The notes below the pieces were generated by a model that was not told where the DNA came from, made no database searches, and was given only the letters and a program-made list of their open reading frames with translations. 12,236 nt of DNA from contig JASLKH010000003.1 of NCBI GenBank assembly GCA_030747675.1, forward strand, positions 1 through 12,236, given 5' to 3'. The first letter of the stretch is position 1; every line of letters begins with the position of its first letter. Below, one piece after another: positions 1 through 6,586 of this stretch. The translations under genes and the position numbers were made by a program. The stretch is from Candidatus Thalassarchaeaceae archaeon. Its GTDB lineage: Archaea; Thermoplasmatota; Poseidoniia; Poseidoniales; Thalassarchaeaceae.

Positions 1-2
1 AA

Positions 3-1619
3 TCACGCGCCAATGACGCCGAAGCAAAGCATGCTGAAGCAGTTGAAAAGCGCCAGGCTGCATCTGATGCTTTACTCAAGAGTACCCCCGAGCATCTTTC
101 AGACAGACTTCGATCATGTGAAGAATTACGAAATAATGCAATGATGGCCAAAATTGAAGCTGAAGCGAAATTGGCAAGTGGAAATGCGCAGACTGAATTG
201 CTTGAAAGAAGTGTCAGCGACATAGAGAGAAGACAGAAAGAGCAGAAACAAGTTGTTGAAAAATCAGAATTGAAAATAAAGGGACTAACATCCGAAATAG
301 AAACCCTTTCTGGAGAATTATCTACTGTTAGTGAGGCACATGAGCAGGTAGCAGAAGAACATCGTGAATTGAATGAACAAAGCAAGTCGATGCGCGAAGA
401 TAGAGCTGGGTTAAAGGCCCAACTTGATCAGAATAGTGCGCAACGTGAAACTTTGAGAGGCCGAGTCGACGAACTATCAAAAGAAATCGAAACCAAGCGT
501 AGACTTTTGGAGGAATTGACGCAAGAAATGGCGACACAAGAAATTGAACCCATTGCAGAAGATATTGATTTACCAAGTGTCGGTGACGCCGAAGGATTTG
601 TTAGAAATATCGAGAAGCGAATTGGGAATCTTGGTGATGTGAACATGCTATCCATTGAGCAATATGACGAGGCTGAGGATCGTTTAAGCCGTATTTCCGA
701 TGATTCAAAGGTCTTACGTCAACGTAGAAAAGACCTCATTGGACTTGCTGAGAAACTTGAAGGTGAGAGGAAATTAAGATTAACAACAGTCCTTGAAATC
801 GTATCGGAAAATTTCAAGCGTGTTTACAAAAGATTATCCGATGGCGGCAAGGGAGAACTCCGACTTGAGAAGCCAAAAGACCCCTTTTCTGGTGGATTGG
901 AGATGTGGTGCCAACCTCGTGGAAAATCGAATAAGAGCAAATTGAGTTTACTTTCGGGTGGCGAAAAATCAATGGCTGCATTAGCCTTAATATTTGCAAT
1001 CCAAGATTATGACCCAAGCCCATTCTATTATTTTGATGAGGTTGACCAGAATTTAGATTCATACAACGCAGAGCACATTGCAAGGTTGTGCCGCTTGAGA
1101 AGTAAACGCGCACAATTTATCATGGTGACTTTGCGAAAGGTCAGTCTACAACTTGCCGATCACCACATTGGAATAACGCACGCAGGTGATGGTTGCAGTC
1201 GCCGTATTACTGACTTTGATCGTGAGCAAGCAATAGGCATGGGAGAAAAGGAAGAAGAACGCAGAGAAATCGCCTTGAAACAAAAGACAGAAGTTGTCAA
1301 GAACCTACCTGATCCATCGAATATGGAGAATGTTCCAGATGAATTGCCAACACCTGCTAGTCTCGGAGGTAGCCTACTAGATAATTCCGAATCTCAGACT
1401 AGTGAATCTGATATTAAGGCTGAATCTAGCCCCGAAATCAATGAAGTTGAAGGACCAGACATTAGCATTACATCACTTGCTGAAAGGGCTGAAGACCTTA
1501 AGGAAGATATGACTGAGCGTAATGATTGGCAGAAAGCTGTTGACAATACTGATGAATCTGTAGAAAACACGGCCGATGATGAGGTAGAAATTGAAGCCGA
1601 AGTTGAGGAACAGGAGTGA
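3..1619 (+). CDS. smc: Chromosome segregation protein SMC, C-terminal part (5'-truncated by the window edge)
   Basis: The frame of ORF 141..1619 is open back to position 3 (SRANDAEAKHAEAVEKRQ...). A long coiled coil leads into 'LGDVNMLSIEQY', the ABC signature 'LLSGGEKSMAALALIFA', Walker B/D-loop 'PFYYFDEVDQNLD' and the archaeal-type 'QFIMVTLR' strand. It is followed directly by scpA. Confidence 0.97.
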   Translation, partial: SRANDAEAKHAEAVEKRQAASDALLKSTPEHLSDRLRSCEELRNNAMMAKIEAEAKLASGNAQTELLERSVSDIERRQKEQKQVVEKSELKIKGLTSEIETLSGELSTVSEAHEQVAEEHRELNEQSKSMREDRAGLKAQLDQNSAQRETLRGRVDELSKEIETKRRLLEELTQEMATQEIEPIAEDIDLPSVGDAEGFVRNIEKRIGNLGDVNMLSIEQYDEAEDRLSRISDDSKVLRQRRKDLIGLAEKLEGERKLRLTTVLEIVSENFKRVYKRLSDGGKGELRLEKPKDPFSGGLEMWCQPRGKSNKSKLSLLSGGEKSMAALALIFAIQDYDPSPFYYFDEVDQNLDSYNAEHIARLCRLRSKRAQFIMVTLRKVSLQLADHHIGITHAGDGCSRRITDFDREQAIGMGEKEEERREIALKQKTEVVKNLPDPSNMENVPDELPTPASLGGSLLDNSESQTSESDIKAESSPEINEVEGPDISITSLAERAEDLKEDMTERNDWQKAVDNTDESVENTADDEVEIEAEVEEQE

Positions 1620-1624
1620 TTGAT

Positions 1625-2635
1625 ATGAGTCTCCTTGAGACCCGAAAGATGCAATCTGAGATTGTTCGCCAACTCCTTGGTGAGCAGAAAGAAACGGAAT
1701 TGGACAAACATCGTTACATTGACAGGTTATTAGAAATCGCAGATCTTGAAAGTGCAGAGCATCAAAGTTTAGTTGAACCATTCGATCGTTCAGTTGCGTT
1801 AGTTTTTCAAATGTTCAATGACGATGCACTAGATCCATGGGACGTAGATTTGTCTGTATTTATTGAACAATTCAATAAGCGCATTAAAGATGCAGAAAAC
1901 ATCGATTTACCTACTTGTGGGCGATTGATTAGGATGGCTTGGAGAGTTCTATATGGTCAGGCAACAACTCTTCTGGAACGTGCAGAACGTGTAGATGATG
2001 AATGGGAAGATGACCCATGGGCATTGGATGGTTGGCAGACATCATTTGAGGACGAAGAATACAATTTCAGTGTTGGAATAATTTCCGGACAGACTACCGA
2101 TTCACTTCCAGGGTTACTTGATGGACGCATCAAACGCGAAGAAGGCCGTCCTGTGACATTGTCTGAATTGTTAATGTCTTTACAGGGGGCACATTTGGAT
2201 GCAGAGGATCGCCGAATACGCGAAGAGAATCGGGTAAAGCATGCTGCTGAAGTTGCTGATTGGATGTCTAATGTTACAAACCGAGTTCACAAAGAAGATT
2301 TGGAAGACGACATACGTCGTTGTTGGAATGCAATGCGTTCTGCCTCACCAGATGGTGCACCGGTTACTTTGGCGCAACTGTCAACTACACTCGCCGAGCA
2401 TTCTGCCGCTGAAGGTTGGACTTTGAAGGAAGCTGAGGAAGAAGGACAAGTAGCGGGTTTTGTTTCAGCTTTATTCCTCACCCATAGAGGGTACTCTGAC
2501 TTGTGGCAAATGGAATATCCAAATGGGGATATCTTCCTTCAAGATAAATGGCCAAAACTCCCTGACTTCGAAGCAGTTTCTGAGGAAATAGGGATTGGTC
2601 CAAGAATAGCAGAAAGGGGTGATGAGGATGAATGA
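1625..2635 (+). CDS. scpA: Segregation and condensation protein A (kleisin ScpA)
   Basis: Archaeal ScpA motifs 'LDPWDVDL', 'IDLPTCGRLI', 'RPVTLSELL' and the C-terminal 'FVSALFLTHRG...LWQMEYPNGDIFL'. Lies directly after smc. The ORF track starts at GTG 1616; ATG 1625 is preferred because the SD-like GGAGTGA (1613-1619) precedes it. Confidence 0.9.
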   Translation: MSLLETRKMQSEIVRQLLGEQKETELDKHRYIDRLLEIADLESAEHQSLVEPFDRSVALVFQMFNDDALDPWDVDLSVFIEQFNKRIKDAENIDLPTCGRLIRMAWRVLYGQATTLLERAERVDDEWEDDPWALDGWQTSFEDEEYNFSVGIISGQTTDSLPGLLDGRIKREEGRPVTLSELLMSLQGAHLDAEDRRIREENRVKHAAEVADWMSNVTNRVHKEDLEDDIRRCWNAMRSASPDGAPVTLAQLSTTLAEHSAAEGWTLKEAEEEGQVAGFVSALFLTHRGYSDLWQMEYPNGDIFLQDKWPKLPDFEAVSEEIGIGPRIAERGDEDE

Positions 2636-3272
2636 TCCTGAATTACAAACATTGTTGGAATCGACACTTTTTGCAGCAGGTCACTCCTTGTCAGTCGATG
2701 AATTATCAGAAGCCTTTGAAGTTACGCCGGGCACAATTATAGCATCTTTGGAGGCACTTCAAAGTACAATGAAAAGACGTAGAGGGGGTGCTTTACAACT
2801 TACTGATGTGAGTGGGCGTTGGGTGATGGAGGTGAAACCAAAATTAGCAACTCATATCCCTTCATCATTCAGAACTGAAATACCAAAACGATTACTTGCT
2901 CCAGTTGCATTAATTGCTTACCATCAACCAATGGCACAAAGTCAATTGGTGGATATGGTTGGCCAAAGAGCCTATGATCATGTGCGAGAATTAGCAAATC
3001 TGGGACTTGTAGATCGCCGCCGCGATGGTTTGACTCGAAGATTAACAACAACTCGGCGTTTCGCAGAATATTTTGGATGCCCGTTTGCAGAATCAAGGAA
3101 AGTTAGGAAGTGGTTTCGAGAGGAAGCAGCAAATGCAGGTTTAACTGGAGCCGAACTTGCAGCAGCCCTTGGTGGATCCGAGAGTGGAGATATCCAAGAA
3201 GCCCCAGAAGTCCCAGTTAGTGACGATTGGGATGAAAGCAGCGCTGAGATAATTGAAGATGATGAAGAGTAA
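2628..3272 (+). CDS. scpB: Segregation and condensation protein B (kite ScpB)
   Basis: ScpB motifs 'LESTLFAAGHSLSVDEL', 'ALIAYHQPMAQSQLVDMVG...YDHVREL...GLV' and 'TTTRRFAEYFG'. Overlaps the end of scpA. The ORF track starts at GTG 2619; ATG 2628 has the SD-like GGGGTGA (2616-2622) upstream. Confidence 0.93.
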   Translation: MNDPELQTLLESTLFAAGHSLSVDELSEAFEVTPGTIIASLEALQSTMKRRRGGALQLTDVSGRWVMEVKPKLATHIPSSFRTEIPKRLLAPVALIAYHQPMAQSQLVDMVGQRAYDHVRELANLGLVDRRRDGLTRRLTTTRRFAEYFGCPFAESRKVRKWFREEAANAGLTGAELAAALGGSESGDIQEAPEVPVSDDWDESSAEIIEDDEE

Positions 3273-3275
3273 TTA

Positions 3276-4568
3276 TTATTCTCGCAAAGATTTGAGTGCA
3301 TTTTCAATTGTAGCAGCAGTGATTCTTTCCCCACTTGCTCGAATCATGTCAACAACAAGATCGACCTCATGATCTTCAGCACCTGCAGTTACGGCCATGT
3401 TCCTTGCATGTAGTTTCATGTGCCCTGCTTGGATACCGACAGTTGCCAAAGCACGCAATGCCCCAAGGTTTTGTGCAAGTCCTGCTGCAGCCATCACTTT
3501 TGACAATTCATCAGCAGTACGGGCACCAACAATGGCAACATTTGCCTTTGCAACAGGGTGTACTCTTACAGCGCCGCCTACTAATCCTACGGGCATAGGT
3601 AATTCGATTGAACCGAATAGATTGCCTTCTGAGTCCTTTTCCCAGTGAGTCAAAGACCCATATGTCCTTTCATGTGATGCGAATGAATGTGCTCCGGATT
3701 CTATTGCTCGCCAATCCTGGCCACAAGCAACACCAATTGGCGATATCGCATTCATGATTCCCTTATTGTGCGTGGTCGCACGAAATGGATCGGCAGCGGC
3801 AAAATGATATGCTTGAAGAATACCGTCGATGACATCAGAACCTTGCTCAGAATCTCCAGAATCTGACATTTCAAGAGGGGTGAATGTCGCACTGACTTTA
3901 GCAAGTCTGTGTATTGCCAAATTACTGATAATTCTCAGAATCACAGTACCCCCAGTTATGACTTCAATCCGGGGTGCGATTGTTTCAGCCATCGTATTGA
4001 CAGCATTTGCACCCATGGCATCTCTGCAGTCTACTAAGATGTGCGCAATAACCATCGGTCCAGATTGTGTATCGATAACTCGAGCATTAAGGTCGCGACA
4101 ACCCCCTCCGAATTTGACCAATATTGGATCTACTTCGTTACACGAATCTATAAGTTCTTTTTTAGAATCCAGTATAGCCTCTTTTGCAGCAAATGCATCT
4201 TCGCATCCCACAACTTGTATTTGCCCAATCATAATGGGATCTGTATTGTTTGAAGTAAAGCCACCTTTAGCATGACACCTTTTGGCCATATTGCTTGCTG
4301 CAGCAACAACCGAAGGCTCTTCAAGTGCAAAGGGAATTATGTAGTGTTCTCCATCGATAATAAAATTCGTGGCAATACCTACTGGAAGCGCCATTGTCCC
4401 AATTACATTTTCAATAATTCGGTCAGCAGCCTCTTCAGAAAGTTCTCCTGTAGCGGCTAAAGAATCAATTGCATCTTGATCCAATCCTGCTAGTTCAGCT
4501 ACCTTTTCTCGACGTTCTTTCACACTCAACTTGTAAAATCCTCTTAGACGGCTATTTTCGATTGGCAT
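3276..4568 (-). CDS. mvaA: Hydroxymethylglutaryl-CoA reductase, class II (bacterial-type, MvaA-like)
   Basis: Class II motifs: N-terminal 'SRLRGFYKLSVKERR', 'IENVIG', 'EEPSVVAAAS', 'DAMGANAVN', 'THNKGIMN', 'GQDWRAIE' and 'GIQAGHMKLHARN' (catalytic His). SD-like GAGGGTAGG upstream of the ATG. Confidence 0.96.
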   Translation of the reverse strand: MPIENSRLRGFYKLSVKERREKVAELAGLDQDAIDSLAATGELSEEAADRIIENVIGTMALPVGIATNFIIDGEHYIIPFALEEPSVVAAASNMAKRCHAKGGFTSNNTDPIMIGQIQVVGCEDAFAAKEAILDSKKELIDSCNEVDPILVKFGGGCRDLNARVIDTQSGPMVIAHILVDCRDAMGANAVNTMAETIAPRIEVITGGTVILRIISNLAIHRLAKVSATFTPLEMSDSGDSEQGSDVIDGILQAYHFAAADPFRATTHNKGIMNAISPIGVACGQDWRAIESGAHSFASHERTYGSLTHWEKDSEGNLFGSIELPMPVGLVGGAVRVHPVAKANVAIVGARTADELSKVMAAAGLAQNLGALRALATVGIQAGHMKLHARNMAVTAGAEDHEVDLVVDMIRASGERITAATIENALKSLRE

Positions 4569-4598
4569 GTCCTACCCTCAATTGATTCCCTTAGACGG

Positions 4599-4610
4599 CC
4601 CCCCTAAATG
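4599..4610 (-). promoter_or_regulatory. Putative TATA-like element plus G-run upstream of the HMG-CoA reductase gene
   Basis: The minus strand reads CATTTAGGGGGG, with the G-run starting 36 nt before the ATG at 4568. A similar motif at similar spacing precedes rps6e. Confidence 0.4.
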
Positions 4611-4669
4611 GTTACGAGTGTATATTTCGCAAGGTGAGTTCGGGATACTTTGCATTTTCCTTTATGCTG

Positions 4670-4733
4670 GAAACCCGTTAGCAAAGCGTTACTAACGCTT
4701 CCGACGCGTTAACAAAGCGTTAGAAACACGTTA
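4670..4733 (+). repeat. Array of five 11-bp direct repeats ending in CGTTA, with one inverted copy
   Basis: GAAACCCGTTA 4670-4680, GCAAAGCGTTA 4681-4691, CCGACGCGTTA 4701-4711, ACAAAGCGTTA 4712-4722, GAAACACGTTA 4723-4733. The inverted copy TAACGCTT at 4693-4700 forms the perfect palindrome AAGCGTTA-C-TAACGCTT (4684-4700). Confidence 0.9.
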
Positions 4734-4770
4734 ATAATATATTTATTAAAAATTAAAAATAACAAAAATA
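4731..4770. other. Extremely A+T-rich tract (candidate DNA-unwinding element)
   Basis: TTAATAATATATTTATTAAAAATTAAAAATAACAAAAATA: 39 of 40 bases are A/T, far above the surrounding coding DNA. It abuts the repeat array. The sequence is directly seen; the function is inferred. Confidence 0.6.
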
Positions 4771-4844
4771 AGCGAAAATCGAATTCGGCACCATCTTCAA
4801 CGCTTACAAAACAATTTCTGTGAGTGTTAGATACGCGTAAATGT

Positions 4845-4851
4845 GTTAAAC
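4845..4851 (+). promoter_or_regulatory. Putative TATA box for a leaderless transcript of the ATPase-wHTH unit
   Basis: GTTAAAC lies about 25-30 nt upstream of ATG 4875, and there is no SD sequence before that ATG. Confidence 0.3.
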
Positions 4852-4874
4852 CCAATTGCTATTCGCTGCCGTAT

Positions 4875-6584
4875 ATGTCAGTAAGCGCTCTTGAACATCT
4901 CCATTTGCCCCCTATGCGTGGGAATCCGTTCTCGACACGGCCAATAGAGGCCAATGATGCCGATTTACTCGTTGGAAGAAAGCAGTTAATGTCGGATTTA
5001 GGCCATCATCTTCGTTTCGGAGGGCCGCGTTTGATGATTTTACTCGGTGAAAGAGGTACAGGGCGGACATCAGTATTGCATGCACTGGGTAATTTCGCAT
5101 CAAATACACATCACATCTCTCTTTATCCAGAAGAGAATCCAGCCCAAACGTTGTTGAATGAGCTATATTGCTTGATTGCAGGTTATGATGTACCTGGTTC
5201 TTCAAGTAAATTGATCGAACAATTAGTCTCATCCTTGGAAGGTAAATCGATAGATTTACCACTGATATCATTTGATTTCCCAGGAATAAATGGTCTAGAC
5301 CTCGCTCTTGTTTTTGAGAGAATCACACCCATATTGGCTAGAATGCGAGCTTTGATTGTCATAGCATTGACTCCTGCACAATTGAGTGCATGGTCTGAAG
5401 ATCTTCGGGAACCATACCATATTTCGCCTCCTTTAGTTGATTTTGATGCCATATCCGTGCGCTCCCTTATTGACTCTAGGATGCAGAAGGTTAGCAAGGA
5501 AAAGTGGGTTGCTAGTGATGATATCATTGCTTCCGCTATTGCAGCCACTGGTGGAAGGCCAGCGATACTTATTCGTTATTTGAGAGACATAATCGATTCC
5601 AAGAGAGGAGTATCCTCACCTCTTTCTAGGAAATTAGAAGTTATTGGTTCGATGGATATTGAGAATGCAAAAACGAACCCTAATGATGCGAGGAATAGAA
5701 TGGCTCCCGAAATTTCAGAAAATACACCTTTAGACATCGAAGATGAACCAAAAATGGAAGGAAAGGACGAAGAAACGCTTCTTGATGGCTCGGAAAGCCT
5801 CGATATCGAAGAGTTAAATGCAGATGATGAATTATTCCAAGAAAGTGATTTAGATTTTCAAATACCTGAGATTGAAGATGACATCGACGTTGAAGATGAA
5901 TCTAATCCTCTTCCCTCATTAGAATTAGAGGATATAGTTGAGCCAGACATGTCTGCTGCTTTTGGTGGCGCAGTTCTTGAGATGGATCCAGGTACCGAAC
6001 CACCTGCAGAACGAAGTGCATTTGGGGGACTAAAAAATCGGCATCGAAATGCTAGAATTGAGCAAGGATTGGATCGTTCCCTTGAGCGCTCACCTTCTAA
6101 TGGACCAATGAATGCAAAACCAGATACTTCAATCCCTGCCTCTTCAACAAATCCAAATATTGAATCTGAAGAAACAGCATATTGGGTTTCAGACTCAACC
6201 TCCATTAGTGAAATCGAGCCTGAAGATTCCCATTCGCAGCCAGTAATGGACCCCATGGCTGCTAAGACCTTCGGTGATGCTCTCCGTGCTCAACGACCAA
6301 TTCCTAGGCGATCAGAAATCCCTAATGCATTGGACATTGGGCGAATCACAAATTTAGATGAGCGTGAAATATTAATTGTCGAAGCCGCAACTGCGAGAGA
6401 GGTATCCCCTTCAGATCAGGCCTTACAAGCTCATCTTTCAGTGGGTAGGCCCCGTCTTTCGCAAATTTTTAACGGATTACAAAAAGCAGGAATATTGGCT
6501 GTGCGAAAGAAGGGGCGTACACGCTTATTCCGTCTTTCTGAATCTGCTAAAGCCCACCTATCTGGTGGCCATATGGAGGCCTGA
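4875..6584 (+). CDS. Uncharacterised P-loop ATPase (STAND/AAA+-like) with long acidic linker and C-terminal winged helix-turn-helix
   Basis: N-terminal 'GNPFSTRP...LLVGRKQL', Walker A-like 'LLGERGTGRTS' (5046-5072), Walker B-like 'LISFDF' (5262-5279) and GxP-type 'TGGRP' (5547-5561). Then a D/E-rich low-complexity middle, and a C-terminal 'LDEREILIV...LQAHLSVGRPRLSQIFNGLQKAGILAVRKKGRTRLFRL' typical of wHTH. ATG 4875 is preferred over GTG 4824, which lies in the noncoding-looking region. Confidence 0.8.
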   Translation: MSVSALEHLHLPPMRGNPFSTRPIEANDADLLVGRKQLMSDLGHHLRFGGPRLMILLGERGTGRTSVLHALGNFASNTHHISLYPEENPAQTLLNELYCLIAGYDVPGSSSKLIEQLVSSLEGKSIDLPLISFDFPGINGLDLALVFERITPILARMRALIVIALTPAQLSAWSEDLREPYHISPPLVDFDAISVRSLIDSRMQKVSKEKWVASDDIIASAIAATGGRPAILIRYLRDIIDSKRGVSSPLSRKLEVIGSMDIENAKTNPNDARNRMAPEISENTPLDIEDEPKMEGKDEETLLDGSESLDIEELNADDELFQESDLDFQIPEIEDDIDVEDESNPLPSLELEDIVEPDMSAAFGGAVLEMDPGTEPPAERSAFGGLKNRHRNARIEQGLDRSLERSPSNGPMNAKPDTSIPASSTNPNIESEETAYWVSDSTSISEIEPEDSHSQPVMDPMAAKTFGDALRAQRPIPRRSEIPNALDIGRITNLDEREILIVEAATAREVSPSDQALQAHLSVGRPRLSQIFNGLQKAGILAVRKKGRTRLFRLSESAKAHLSGGHMEA

Positions 6585-6586
6585 AA

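Noticed and set aside
1-140. smc as a truncated gene or pseudogene starting at 141
   Set aside because: The frame is open to the window edge, so the truncation is a window artefact. The same applies to dph2 at 12189-12236.
1111-1137. SMC lacking the H-loop histidine ('QFIMVTLR') as evidence of an inactive ATPase
   Set aside because: A 'TLR'-type sequence at this position is normal in archaeal SMCs such as those of Thermococcales; the signature and Walker B motifs are intact.
4670-4733. Repeat array as a CRISPR array or a simple tandem repeat
   Set aside because: The units are 11 bp, degenerate and abutting, with no unique spacers and no cas genes nearby. The pattern fits protein-binding sites better.
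4821-4850. Further degenerate repeat copies (TGTTA 4825, CGTAA 4836, TGTTA 4844)
   Set aside because: Each has a mismatch in the 5-bp core and only one spacing is 11 bp. They are too weak to count as array members, although they may be low-affinity sites.
4824-4874. GTG 4824 as the start of the ATPase-wHTH gene
   Set aside because: The extra 17 codons overlap the putative TATA box and degenerate repeat copies. ATG 4875 lies just ahead of the domain's N-terminal motif.
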